Made by a program: the position numbers and the translations under genes. 64,000 nucleotides of DNA, taken from contig NC_068984.1 of NCBI RefSeq assembly GCF_001194135.2, positions 4,614,666-4,678,665 on the forward strand, in the 5' to 3' direction. Each line of letters opens with the position of its first letter. Within the stretch, counting starts at the first letter, position 1. The stretch is from Octopus bimaculoides. Taxonomy: Eukaryota. Of the stretch, positions 12,613 through 25,639 are shown piece by piece. The notes beneath the pieces are model-generated. The model was not told the origin of the DNA. It searched no databases and worked only from the letters and a program-made list of their open reading frames with translations.

Positions 12613-12904
12613 CATTAACTTATTTTGTTATTTGTGTGTGTACATTGTTCTGGATGATTCTCAACAGTTGCTCTACTGTGAAGAAACCTGAAGAAAACCT
12701 CTGCTGGAAATGGTTGTTCTGGCAAGAGTCGTTGATGGAAGGAACAGTCCCAACATGCAAAACTCTCTCCCCCCGACCCGTTGTTTTCATGCTTTTGAAT
12801 CGGCTTAGTGTTGAGACTTCACTCTGTTTTGAGTACTATGGTGACCTGTTGCCATTATATAAGTACTCTTCGTTTTCATAGGATAATTATTAATATTCAG
12901 GAGA

Positions 12905-12970
12905 AATAAACTGTTTTAAAAAAAGTTATGTCATTTTGTTATTGGTTTCTTCATATCTTTTATGAATAAA
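12905..12970 (+). terminator. Candidate BRK1 polyadenylation signals
   Basis: AATAAA occurs at 12905-12910 and 12965-12970, ~300-350 nt after the stop, with T-rich sequence downstream. Which one is used is unknown. Confidence 0.5.
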
Positions 12971-13539
12971 TTTACTACATTATTGAAAAAATGTTCAGAT
13001 TTATTTTGTACATTCTTATTGGACTCAACATTTTAGAGTTAATCTTAACACATTGAGTGCCAAGGGGAAATGTGTAAATTGGTCCCATGTGCCACACGTG
13101 GTTTTTTCAAATTCATATAGTATTTCAGTTGTATACAAAAGCTGTATACATGAGAAAACATGTATACAATATATATATATACATGTGGCACATTTGTAAA
13201 GTGCCGTGTATACTTATATTGTATACATGGCATTCATTGTGTTAAACATGTCCTCTTCCCTAGATATGTCTTTTTCTCCTTACCAAAATAAATTTACAAG
13301 GGAGCTTAAATTTCAAATTGTAACTGTTAATATTTTTCAATCGAGGTTGACTTTTCCTTTCATCCTTTTGGCCTCAATAAAATAATCACCAGTTGAGCAA
13401 TGGGGTCGATGTATTCAACTTACCCCATCCACTAAACTTGCAGGCCTTGTGCCAAAATTTGAAATCAACATTTTTACATTTCAGCAAAAAAAGAAAGAAG
13501 GTGCAGGCATGACTGTATGGTAAGTAGCTTGCAATTTTG

Positions 13540-13687
13540 AACCTGGGTTCGAAATTTCCCCAAGACACCTGATGAAGGCTGGAGGGTATATCAGCCAAAA
13601 CGTGTTAACAACAAACAAGATGAGGAGAAATATCCGTCAAATGTAAATAATGTACATAATTCCTCATCTCTTAAATATAGAACTGTA
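13540..13687 (+). mobile_element. 3' part of a hammerhead-bearing short retroposon (same family as 48427-48673)
   Basis: ggttcgaaatttccccaagacacctgatgaaggctggag is shared with the minus strand of 48429-48470. It contains CTGATGA, a GGCTG/CAGCC stem and AAAAC. Confidence 0.65.
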
Positions 13688-14688
13688 TGATGATTACATA
13701 ATGCACTTTATATATTTTATGCACATTTTATAGACTTAATACCGAGCACTCATAAATATTCACTCTTATTTTTCCATTTTCCCCATATAAAAAAAAATTA
13801 CCCCATACATATGATAAAACCTTCAGTTAAATTGCATATGTCTACCACGTAAATAAGTGTGAATATTTCATGGAATTGCACTTATGCACATGTATTAAGT
13901 GATAGGTGATGCAAAAGACTTAGTTCAATTAAAAACAAAATACACTTTTTACTATCCAACCACCACCACCACCACCATCATCATCATCATCTCTTTTCTG
14001 CCTTTCTTGAACCTCACCATCAGAACATCACCCCTCTGCTAAAATTATATTTTTAACTCCTCTACATCATCACTACATTCAACTAACTTTTTTAACCCCA
14101 TAATAGATATTACATTTCCCCTACCTCACGTCATGGACGCTTCTATCTCACTCTTTGCCTTATCCTTTTTTTCTCCTTTTTCTTTCTCCTCTCTTTCGCT
14201 TCAGCTAATCACATGAAAGCATTACAATTACATTCCCTCCACCTCACACTATGGACGCTTCTCACTCCCTCTTTTTCTCTCTTCTTTTCTTTCTGCCTCA
14301 CTCTTCACCTTATCTGCTTTTTCTCTCCCCCTCTTTTTCTCTAATCATACGAAGGCATTACCTACAGGCTAAGTAACAGAATGACAAGAATAATTATAAA
14401 TTACTTACCTAACTGTAAGGACTAAGGGAAATAATGAAGTGGCTGAAAGAATTTATATATTGTTTATGAATTGCAAGTTTCCTGCTGACAACCAAGTGCT
14501 GTGACAAGACACTTGACTTGTTTCACAGGAAAACTGGAGAATTCAATGAAATAGTAATTGTAAAAAGTAATCCTAAAAGTTCAAAAACTGGAATGGCTTT
14601 TATGCCATAAAGAAGAAGAGCAGTCTGACAGTTTGGGCTGAATATTCTCTTGGAGAAGCATGGAATGTTTATCCTTGTTGCTAATTAA

Positions 14689-14900
14689 CCCTTTCATTAC
14701 TGTATTTCTTTTGTGTTTCTTTCAATTAATTTTAAATATAACAAAGAATTTAGTAAAATAACTTAGTTATCATTCAGCTAGTGTTAGGAACATGAATTGT
14801 GACTAAGGTTTGGTGGAAGATTTTAATTCAAAACTTATGAAAACAGGACATTTGTACTACAGAGCCAAAGGTGGTTTCAGCCGGGTTGGTATCGAAAGGG
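14689..14900 (+). mobile_element. piggyBac-like MITE, family 1 (212 bp)
   Basis: Bounded by TTAA|ccctttc ... gaaaggg|TTAA. The body matches 15304-15515 and, inverted, 21563-21777. Confidence 0.85.
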
Positions 14901-14997
14901 TTAAATAGTTTAGGGAGTTCTCTGCTCAGACAAAGAGTTAGATGTTGTATCAAGTACTGAATTGATTGATTAAACTTCTGTTGGTGTTGATCTAATG

Positions 14998-15265
14998 CAG
15001 TGGTTCTTAACCAATTTTTGCCTATGGATCTCTTTTGATTGCCATTTTACTTGGATGGACCATCATAGACATTCGATGTTTAAAAAAAATCCCATAATAT
15101 TTTTATAATTAGACATTATTAGGAATTGTATTAAAAAAACAGTGAAAATATGTGGTGTATTGTAGAAGTAGGACTGATTTATTGCACAAAGTTTTAACAG
15201 CAAAATTTTAGGTGGACCCCCTTCCCCACTCCAAGGGTTATATGGACCACTGGAACATTATGGAC
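14998..15265 (+). mobile_element. hAT/Charlie-like non-autonomous remnant
   Basis: Begins with cagtggttcttaacc, a terminus typical of MER5/Charlie-type hAT MITEs. The right terminus is not intact. Confidence 0.4.
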
Positions 15266-15303
15266 GTGTGTGGAAATGATCTCAATGGAATTAATACCAT
15301 TAA

Positions 15304-15515
15304 CCCTTTTGTTACTGTATTTATTTAGAGACGCTCTGTGTTTCTTTCAATTAATTTCAAATATAACAAAGAATTTAGTAAAATAACTTAGTTATCATTA
15401 AGCTAGTGTTAGGAACATTAATTGTAACTAACGTTTGGTGGAAGATTTTAATTCAGAACTTTTGAAAAGAGGATATTTGTATTACAGAACCATAGATGTA
15501 TTGGTATCAAAAGGG
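15304..15515 (+). mobile_element. piggyBac-like MITE, family 1 (212 bp)
   Basis: Bounded by TTAA|ccctttt ... aaaaggg|TTAA. The body is homologous to 14689-14900. Confidence 0.85.
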
Positions 15516-16260
15516 TTAAATGTAAATGTGACAAGGATTATAGAATTGGTGTGTGTGTGTGCAGTGGTAAGTCTTTGGTAAGTAATGTTTTATCAGAAGT
15601 AAATAAAGAGATACTCAGTGACTGTTTATATAATTGTGTGCATGTGTGTGTATATTGTGGCTGTGTGTGTGTTTGTAGTTTTTTTTTTTTTTCACTGTTT
15701 TAATGAAGAGGAAAAGTTGTGTCTATAACAGAACTTTAGAGACAGATTGGAATCATTAATCTGGAGACCTGACCCAAATACTTACAACAGAAAGGCCCAC
15801 ACTAAAGCCACCTGCCTAAGGTAGCAGGTTGTGGTGTGAAGCCCAGTGATGGATTAAGTGTGCCACTCAGGTAAGTCATACCAGGATTTGAACTCAGAAC
15901 ACAAAGAACTGGAACTGTAGAAGGACAATCTTGTTGAGACTTAAAAGTGTGTTTGTTAAGTTTAAGCTTTAATCATCCATGATTGACTAGACTCATGACT
16001 TATGACACTGAGGTCACCAATTGATTGAAGAAGTTGATTAATGTATCAGCTACATTGACTACACAGCCATTGCTGTAGCAACTGTTAAACTCAGGCAGGT
16101 GATAACGGTGTCTTCATGTCACTAATCTTTTTTTTTTTTATTGTCATGGTCTTCCCCCCCTCCCCCACACTCTTGTGGAACATCCTCCACCCCCTCTGTC
16201 CTACTTATATTTCTCCCACTGTTCCCTGTAGATAGTTACCAATACATTTCCACCATTATC

Positions 16261-16301
<41 letters not shown>

Positions 16302-18169
16302 AACTCTCTCCCCCTTCTTCTTCTTCCTTGTTCTACAGGGGTACCTAATTATTACCCCCTTTATTTCCGTCTATTATACTCTCCCCTGGCTCACAGCCTC
16401 TCCTCCCCTCGGTTCCACTCCCTCTCTCAGCTGAGAAGGTTCTGCCCTGCAAGCTACTTGGCAACCCCACTGGTGTGCTGGTGCCTGTTAGAAAGCACCC
16501 AGTACACCCTATAAAGTGGTTGACATTAGGAAGGGCAAGGGCATGTAACCATAGAAACCATACCAAAATCACACAATTGGGGCCAGTGCAGCTCTCCAGT
16601 TTGTCAGCTCCTGTTGAATCATCCTACCCATACCAGCATGAGAAATGGACATTAAATGACGATGATGGTTTGAACCAGTGCACACCAATGCATTTACAGT
16701 TGAAAGTCTGTAAAATTTGGGAGATTTTTTTTTCATCCCCACCCCCACACACCCTGAAGAACTTAAAATATGCAGTCCCCATTTTAAAGTTTTAAAGATT
16801 TTAAAGTTTTAAAGATAGTAAAGTGTTTAATGAAGAGAGATTTGACTGCTACATTGAATGAAAGGGTTGATAAGTATCAGTTATGCACTGGGGTTGATCT
16901 AATTGATTTAATCCCTTTGTCTGTCCTTGTTTGTCCTCTCTATGTTTAGCCCCTTGTGGGTAATAAAGAAATAAGATTTATAAGTCAACAAGGGATACAC
17001 AGCATGCTTGTATGACCTGCTAGAAATAGCTGCCAAATCTCTTTCAAACGACCTACAATCATCCTAAAAAAAGGAAGGATACATTGAACAATGTGACATT
17101 CCAGCCATGGCCATTTCCTTTTGGATTCACTCAGCTGTAAAAGAGTACCAATTAGGTGCTGGTGCAGCTTCCTCCGCCCCCACTAGATGTGCTGCTGGGT
17201 CAAAGATAAGACAGTTGATCAGAGTTCTTGATAACATAGGAACCTAAAACGATTAGTGAAAGTATGGAATATGTTAGCAAGCCATACTTGCTCATGACTG
17301 ATGGCTCGTTATACTTTAATTACTCCAAAAATTAAACACAATTAAACAGCATTATTTACTGAAATTTGTGTCTTCTTCTATAGCCCTGGGCTGACTGAAA
17401 CCTTGTGAGAGGATTTGGTTGACTGAAACTGAAAGAAGCCCATTGTATATACGTATATATATATCTATGTGTGTGTGTGTTTATCCCCCCACTGCTGACA
17501 AACAACCAGTGTTGGTGTGTTTACATCCCCATGACTTAGCGGTTGAACAAAATACATCGATAGAATAAATAACAGGCTAAAAAAAATGTTAGTATTGGGG
17601 TCAGTTCATTTGACTAAAAGTTCTTCAAGATAGTGCCCCAGCATGGCCACAGTCTAATAACTGAAACAAGTAAAAGTTGAAAGATATAATACTGGTTAGC
17701 GCCCAGACTTCTAATTAGTTATATTTGTGTAGAATTGGCCAGAATTTGTAATTGGCTTTGTGTATATAGAATTGGCCAAAGAATAGAAGAATTGAGTGAC
17801 CAAATATGTCTTTAATATTTTCCAAGCTTCACTAAGTTTTGGCATGATAAACCCAAAGACAATATTAAACATTTGGCAAGAATATCTTTGAAAATATTGA
17901 GAATTTTGTGAAACATATTTCTCCTCCTCAATTCAATTCTAACCAAAAGTTTATACAAACACATAGGTTTGGGCATGGCTGTGTGGTAAGAAGCTTGCTT
18001 CCCGACCACATGGTTTTGGGTTCAGTCCCCAGGCAAGTGTCTTCTACTATAAACCCTGGCCTTGTGAATGGATTAGGTAGATGAAAACTGAAAGAAGCCT
18101 GTCATGTGTGTGTTGCTATTTCCTTCCCTTGACATTACATGATGGTTATAGGTGATCTGCTTTTCTTTC

Positions 18170-18402
18170 ATTATTTCTTTATTGCCCACAAGGGGCTAAA
18201 CATAGAGGGGACAAACAAGGACAGACAAAGGGATCAAGTCGATTACATCGACCACAGTACGCAACTGGTACTTAATTTATCGACCCAGAAAGGCTGAAAG
18301 GCAAAGTTGACCTCGGCGGAATTTGAACTCAGAACGTAACGGCAGACGAAGTACCGCTAAGCATTTCGCCCGGCATGCTAACGTTTCTGCCAGCTCGCTG
18401 CC
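18170..18402 (-). mobile_element. tRNA-derived SINE, family C; young, CpG-intact copy
   Basis: The head is ggcagcgagctggcagaaacgttagc ... gagttcaaattcc (B box) and the tail is gtgggcaataaagaaataa. Partial or diverged copies occur at ~13385-13490, 24110-24310, 24490-24650, 28080-28260, 43675-43810, 46170-46380 and 54650-54740. Confidence 0.85.
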
Positions 18403-19823
18403 TTCATTGTTTCTTTCTGTACCTGTTCTGCAGGTGGGTAACTCAAGCAATAAAATCTTCAGTAGTTTCTCCCTCGGGCAGGGCACAACACTAATAAGAA
18501 CCCATCACCAAGGGGTTGTAATCAACCTCATATAACCCTAACCCTCATCATGTAAGTGTTGTCCTTAGTTTCCAGTCTTCCATGAAAACATGTTTGGTCA
18601 GAGTGGGGAATATTACTTTACTTCGAAACAGGTGACGGTTGGTATCAGAAAGGGAATTTGGCCAAAGAAAATCTACCTCAATAAAATCTCTCCAGCTCAT
18701 ATGAGCATGAAAAAGCAGACATTAAACAATGAATTTAATGATGGTGATGTTCTTATTACTACTTCCTAAACATTTGAATCAAGAAGGGACTGGTCTTGGC
18801 ATCTTCATGGGTTCCTTAGATTGGAGAGATCAGCGAGGTTGATGGTAGTTTTTAATAATGGTAAAAGACACAGGGATGGGGCAGGGGCACTGACATTTTG
18901 GAGAAGGACTGGTGGAATGGTGAGGGCAGAGCCTGAGAAAAGATGAGTATGATGGACAGAGCTGGTATGCAACCATCTACCTCCAGAGAGCATTGACCAT
19001 TGCAGTATCCGTAAGAAAGACAGAGTGAGGAGACAGTGTGCTTGTGGTCCAGAGACTGATGTGTATTGGCTTTTCACACTGACCATGCAATGTCATTCTA
19101 AAAATAAACAATCACATCATGGAAATCTTGAAGCTATTAAATAATGCATGATTGATTCAAATCAAGTTAAATAAATAAGCATTATGTTTAACAGAGTAAT
19201 CTGAATGCTAAAGGGTTGAAGATTAATGAGTGATACAGGTTGTTGTTGTTTAATCCCAGGTTAGTCCATAGTCAAAGCATTCTAGTCATGGCCATCCCAT
19301 TTATCACTCTGATATAAAATAATCATGACTTCCTTTTACACTCTACCTTTATTGTTTAAGATGGCAGGTATGTTTTGAGGGAGATTTGGCTGCTGTTTCT
19401 AGCATTTCAAGTGACCATGTAGAAGTCTCCCTCAATGGTTCATTATGATGAAGATTATCACCACAAAACGTCATAATAACTGCATATTGAAATAAATGAT
19501 GTCAAGAAAAATTTTTTTTTTTTTTATTCAGAGTTTAAAAAAAAATCAAAATGACAGAAAGTAAATAATAGAGATGATATCGTAAATTAATTATTGATAT
19601 CTAAATAGCCTCGTTAACTAATAATAAAAGGCTTGATGAGAGTTTCTATTACTGAATATATATAATGGTGTGGCTGTGTGGTAAGAAGTTTGCTTCTCAA
19701 CAACATGGTTCTGGGTTCAGTCCCACTATGTGGCACCTTGTGTAAGTGTCTTTTACAAAAGCCTTGTGAGTGGGTTTGGTAGATAGAAACTAAAAGAAGC
19801 CTGTCATATATATATATATATCC

Positions 19824-19873
<50 letters not shown>

Positions 19874-21562
19874 GTCATTTAACATCCACTTTCCATGCTG
19901 GCATGGGTTGGACAGTTTGATTGAGGACTGGCAAGCCAGGAGGCTGCACTAGGCTCCAATCTGATTTGGCAAGGTTTCTACAGCAGGATTCCCTTCCTAA
20001 TGCCAGCCACTCCAAGAGTGTAGTGGGTGCTTTTTACGTGCTGCATATGTGTGTGTGTGTGTGTGTGTATCATCAATGTTTGGCTTTAGAGTTTGATGAT
20101 CTGTCCATGGAGCTAAGTCCTTTGGGGATACGAAACCATTGGTCAATCTATGACCGGACATAGTTACATATAAATATATATGTGTGTGTGTGTGTGTATG
20201 TATATATATGTATGTATGTATATGTGTGGGGTGCCTTTGTGTCTGTGTTTGTCTCCTACCACTGCTTGACAACTGGTGTTGGTGTGTTTACATCCCTGTA
20301 TCTTAGCAGTTTGACAAAAGAGACTGACAGAATAAGTACCAGGCTTAACAAAAAAAGAATAAGTGTTAGGGTTGATTCATTTGAATAAAAGTTCTTCAAA
20401 GCAGTGCCCCAGCTTGGTCGCAGTCTAAATGACTTAAACAAGTAAAATATAAAAGACAAAGAGAGCAGAAAAAAATAACAGATGATATCACGGAATAATT
20501 AATAACATCGTTGAGTAATTATAAAAGACTTGATGAGAGTTTTTTTTATAATTAAATATATAATGTTGACGATGGCTTTAATAACTAATGATGTTGATGA
20601 TGGTCCCTTGGTGAAGTAACCTTGATAACTGTTTATATCAGGTTGATTATGACCCCTTGGTGATGGGTTTTGTGCCCTGCCCTGGGGAGAAACTACTGAA
20701 GGTTTTATTGCTCGAGTTACCTACCTGTAGAACAGGTACAGAAAGAAACAATGAAAGAAAAGCAGATCAATAGGAAGGAAGGTAGTCAGGTAAGTTGGTA
20801 GGAAGAAAGAGACAAATAGAGAGAGAGGGAGGGAGAGATAGCGAGAGAGGAGGGAAGGAGGGAGGGAGGGAGGGAGTTGACATAGAGTGGCAGAGAGAGA
20901 GAGAGAGAGAGTGAGATCAATATTGTTGAGAAGAAACATTGAGCTAACTGGAAAGAGCTGAATACTTTGTAGTGACATATTTTATATTGACATTGATTCA
21001 GGACAGATGGATAAAATGGAGGATTTCAACGCATAATTTAAACACTTACTTAGTCTGACAATAACTCAGGGGAGAAAACAGCAAACAGTTGTTCGAATAC
21101 AGGGTGTGGCAATAAACACAAACCTCCCCACGTTTTACAGGTTGACAAACATTTCCGTAACAAATGCAGAGTGTGTACCAAGACAAACTATTGCGGCAAC
21201 TGAAAAAAAGAAATGATAAAATATTAGCAGTATAGGTGCAGGTGTGACTGTGTGGTTAGAAGCTTGCTTCCCAATCACGTGGTTCTGGGTTCTGTCCCAC
21301 TGCATGGTAGTTTGAGCAAGTGTCTCCTACCATAGCCTTAGGCTGACCAAAGTCTTACTACACAGCCATATCTATGCCTATATATCAAGATAATTTGGAT
21401 AACGATAATTAATATTACTTTCAATAAAAAGTACAATTGGATTGATGATAAATTTGAACAAAAAAATAGAAATTTCAAAACCATTGCAGATTACTTTAAA
21501 ATAAAACTCCAAAGAAATGAGACATTGATTTTTAAAATATACTGAATTAATTTATTGTTTAA

Positions 21563-21777
21563 CCCTTTCGTTACCAAACCAACTGAAACTAGCTCTGAGT
21601 ACAAATGTCTTGTTTTCATAAGTTTTGAATTAAAATCTTCTACCAAACCTTAGTCACAATTCATGTTCCTAACACTAGCTGAATGATAACTAAGTTATTT
21701 TACTAAATTCTTTGTTGTATTTAAAATTAATTGAAAGAAACACAGAACATCTTAAAATAAATACAGTAACGAAAGGG
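21563..21777 (-). mobile_element. piggyBac-like MITE, family 1 (inverted copy)
   Basis: Bounded by TTAA|ccctttc ... gaaaggg|ttat (one TSD mutated). It is the reverse complement of the 14689-14900 body. Confidence 0.8.
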
Positions 21778-23529
21778 TTATATGACTAATTATCAATTTA
21801 TATGTTGTATTTACTAATTTCCTGGGTATTTATTTGTTGAGTGATGTCGTTATTGTATGCGATTGACTGAACCGAACAGTGTCAGATGATAATCATTATC
21901 AGAGCAAAGTAAAAAGACAAAAAAAGAAAACATAAAAACAAACAAGTAAAATATGGCTCCACAAAGTTGATCTGTTCAGAACTGAATCAAGCCAATAAGT
22001 AATTAGTACGTCTTTAATATGACAGGTAAGTAAATGGTTGTCATGCAACAATGTCACTAAGTCATCATAATTTAATATCAGAGAAGAAGGGATTCTGGGA
22101 AGGTTTTTTGTGTATACATAATCATTTGAAGCTACCTAAGTGAATGTATTGATTGAGACAGGATTTTCTTGGTTAATGCTTCATTTCTGGACTGTAGCTG
22201 GAAAAAATATTGTGTTATTTATTGCATGTTTGTTTGCATTTGTCCATAGTTGTACTAGAGAAGTACATTGGTCTCCCTCACTGCCAATTTATTACTATGA
22301 AGATGATATAAGTACATGGAACTTAAACTGCTAATAATCAATTTGCATGATTGAACATCACAATTCAAGACTAATGTGTTTTGTTGAATGCAACACAAAC
22401 CTGTTAAATAAGAATAACTGAATAAGAGCAAGAAATCAACTCACAAAACAAAGTGGCATTGCTTCACATGAACAACTAAGTGACTCTAATCTGAGGTTGA
22501 ATTCACCAGCTTTTTTATAATTGTAAGCCAAACTATCCAGAAACTTCCATCTAGCTATTTGGTGAGAAAACTCACATGCTTCATTTCAAGTTTTCCACAC
22601 CAACCATAAATTAGATAGTATTAATTGGTTGAGAAACATTTGCATAGGTGTCACCTTTTATGGTGATGCATTACCTTTTATGGTGTTATGATACTGTAGG
22701 TAATAGTCCTGAGCAGGGAAAATTTGAGAGTGAGGTTTCAAACCTCAGCAGAATCTTTGCTACAACTAGTATTTTACAATGAACCTCCATGCATTCACTG
22801 AGCCTGTTAGAAATAACAGCTCAATCTCCTTCAAACCACACTATGCTGCCTTAAAAACGAATGAAACTTTAGAAAGTGTAGTTCTAGATAAACAAAATAA
22901 GAGAACCATCATGATTGAGATGCTTTTGGTCATATCTCTGCCTGATCAGGGCTAACCAATGGCTAAACAACAATAGCAACCACAACAACAACAACAACAG
23001 CCCCAAGTGAAAGGCAAAGTTGATCATTGTTGGAGTTGAACTTGGAATAAAGCTGAAAGCTGTAATGAAGCTAGGGTGGTGCTCCACTATCTTGTCCATC
23101 ATTACCAGCTTTATATCTGAAATGACCTGGCTCTAATAGGAGAGGTTATATCAGACCTGACTTTCCCTTCAGTTGTAATCACTGCACAAAAAAGTTGGGA
23201 GATTAGTAGAAAAATTACAGTCATACTAATTAAAGTGTTTGTTAATTGAAACAATATAAACTAAAATGAATTTTTCTGATATGGTAATATTTAAATAAAA
23301 TGTGAGAAATAACTAAATTTCCTAATATCCACTTCCTCCCCTCACAATTACGACGATGATGATGTTGACGACGACGACGACGACGACGACGACCACCACC
23401 ACCACCACCAATTGGAATTTTACACTTCCATGGTAATTCCTGAAAACATGTTGGAACATCATTGTAAAGAATATGGAAAAATTCAAGAGCTAAAACACAG
23501 CCCTGTTTGGTTCCAGTGGCAACAGAAAA

Positions 23530-23700
23530 AGTCTTTGAACATTAACTACAAGATGTCACTGGTGGTATCATTCCTTTATGCAGGGATTCTATCACCCTTA
23601 TCATTTTATCGGGAAGACCAACTTTTGACAAAACTTTCTGAGGGTCTAATACAAAACAAAAAGGGACAATACAACACAAAGGACAACAATCAACAATCAA
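23530..23700 (-). mobile_element. Degraded LINE (RTE-like) reverse transcriptase fragment
   Basis: The minus-strand frame KVLSKVGLPDKMIRVIESLHKGM resembles the RT segment LWKIL.KFG.P.K.I.LI.SLH.GM. Confidence 0.55.
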
Positions 23701-25369
23701 ATGCCCCAAATGGAGGGTAAGGAGTTTGACCCAGGGACAACCAAGGAACCCCACACACCCTGACTACCCCAACTGCCAGGGGCACCTCAGCAAATGTCTT
23801 TCTCCTTCTCAACTCCTCTTCCAGCTTACAAGCATATGTTCAGAGTTGGCCCATTCACATGAGTCATCTTCACAACGTTCAACAAAATTACATTGAGGCA
23901 GTACTTCCCACTCCACCCTCACTTTTCTTTTCAAGTGGAATTAGAAAATGTTGATTAGGGCTTGGTTGAAGAGGAAAGAATCTGTCATCAATCCTTTCAG
24001 CCTCATCCACCAAACTTTGCCATTGCCTCCTCTTCTCGGCCAAAAGAAGGCGATGGGGTATCTTCACAATGGACTTGACTGATAACCAGAATAATAATAA
24101 TAATAATGATGTTTTCAAATTTTGGCACAAGGCCAGCAGTTCCAGCAAAGTGGGTAAGTCGATTACTTCAACTCCAGTGCTCAACTGGTACTTATGTTAT
24201 CGATCCTGGAAGTATGAAAGGCAAATTTGACCTTGGTGGAATTTGAACTCAGAACTTTAAGACTGACAAAATGCCACTAAGCATTTTGCCTGGTGGGTTA
24301 ATGATTCTGCCAACTCATTAGTTCATGCATTATTGACACATAAATGAAGTCAGGACTTGACCGGTACTTTATCAACCCTGGAGGGACAGAAATAAAAAAT
24401 GTTGGCTTTGACAGTATTTGAACTTAGAACCTAATGAATTGTAACCATAAGTACCAGATATTTTTTCTGATGCTTTGAATTAACCTAGCATGTTTATTTC
24501 TGTTTTGCCCACAAGGGGCTAAACATAGAGGGGATAAACAAGGATAGACAAAAGGGGTTAAGTCAATTACATCGACCCAGAGTGCAGCTGGTACTTATTT
24601 AATCGACCCCGAAAGGATGAAAGGCAAAGTTGACCTCAGTGAATTTGAATTTAAAAACTAGCATGTTATAGGTATTTTATGTTATTCTTCTCACATGGAA
24701 GAAAGGACCATTTCGACTCCAACAGAATTTCACAGAATACAAAACTGCAAGGCTTGTCGTATGCGTTTATTAGTTTTGACTAATTCACCCTCGATTTCTT
24801 TTTAATGAAAACACAAAATTTCAGATTTATAAATGATTTTAAATGTGACAAATGGGACTTTCCTGAAAACCAGGAAGAAAGTGAAGTAGCTACTAACCAG
24901 GAAAGGAAACAAGCAACAGATTCCCTTTGTAGCTTATTATTTATAAATCACGGAGATTAACTCGTTGGTAGAGATCTTGTTTGGGTATGACAAGAATTTT
25001 TTCTTTACAAGACCTCGTTAATTACTGGTATTTTTGTTGTGACAAAGTGCTAACGATATAGAACTCTTGTAGCATCACCAACATCACTGCAACAAGTAGA
25101 TATTCATATCCAACAAGGATTCTATCGTCAGAATAATATTTCTTACTCACAAAAAACGTTAAAAATAAAGAATTTGATATCTCCATGAAGAAACACCGAA
25201 ATATGTTAATCTCAAAATAAAATTTTGAATTTGAATTCGATCATAAACGTTTAATTGACATTAAATCGAGGAAATATTGTTAAACAAAAGGAAAATAAAA
25301 ACGGGGTAGGAAGCTATGCTGTATTTTACTAAGATACCAAAAAAAACCCATCAACTTTACTACAAGACA

Positions 25370-25597
25370 ACTGGTGGGAAAATGGCGGTGTAGTTACGGC
25401 AGCAGGGGCGGTTCCCTGCCCGCATCGAACTAGCATCAGTAGCAGCAGCAGCAGCAGTTGCGGTAGCAGTAGCAGTAGTACGACTGCTACAAGTGAACGG
25501 GTACTCGCCTCGCTACGCTAGGAGGTTCTCAAAGTGTGGATGTCGCCAGACACTGGAATAATTCTCGCTGACACTGCTTGCGTCGACTGTTAGAGGA
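25370..25597 (+). promoter_or_regulatory. CpG/GC-rich promoter and 5'UTR region of GRIPAP1 with (AGC/AGT)n tract
   Basis: There is a sharp local rise in GC and CpG (ggcggtg, ggggcgg, cgcctcgctacgc, gcgtcgac) directly upstream of the ATG at 25598 in an otherwise CpG-poor window. Confidence 0.7.
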
Positions 25598-25639
25598 ATG
25601 GCAACTGCCTTGTCAGAAGAGGAGTTCCATCGGATGCAG
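25598..25639 (+). CDS. GRIPAP1: GRIP1-associated protein 1 (GRASP-1), first coding exon
   Basis: Start context gga ATG G; 42 nt encoding MATALSEEEFHRMQ; donor cag|gtgaga. Matches the vertebrate GRIPAP1 N-terminus MAQALSEEEFQRMQ. Confidence 0.93.

Noticed and set aside
14110-14355. ~120-bp tandem duplication of pyrimidine-rich sequence (similar duplication at 62250-62460)
   Set aside because: Ordinary local duplication of low-complexity DNA.
14400-14460. Strong minus-strand donor ag|gtaagtaa
   Set aside because: No coherent exon or open frame lies upstream. An isolated match is expected by chance.
25030-25190. 54-codon minus-strand ORF (MEISNSLFLTFF...) divergent from GRIPAP1
   Set aside because: Short and AT-rich with no recognisable homology, and it could not be joined in frame to the 21050-21199 candidate exon.
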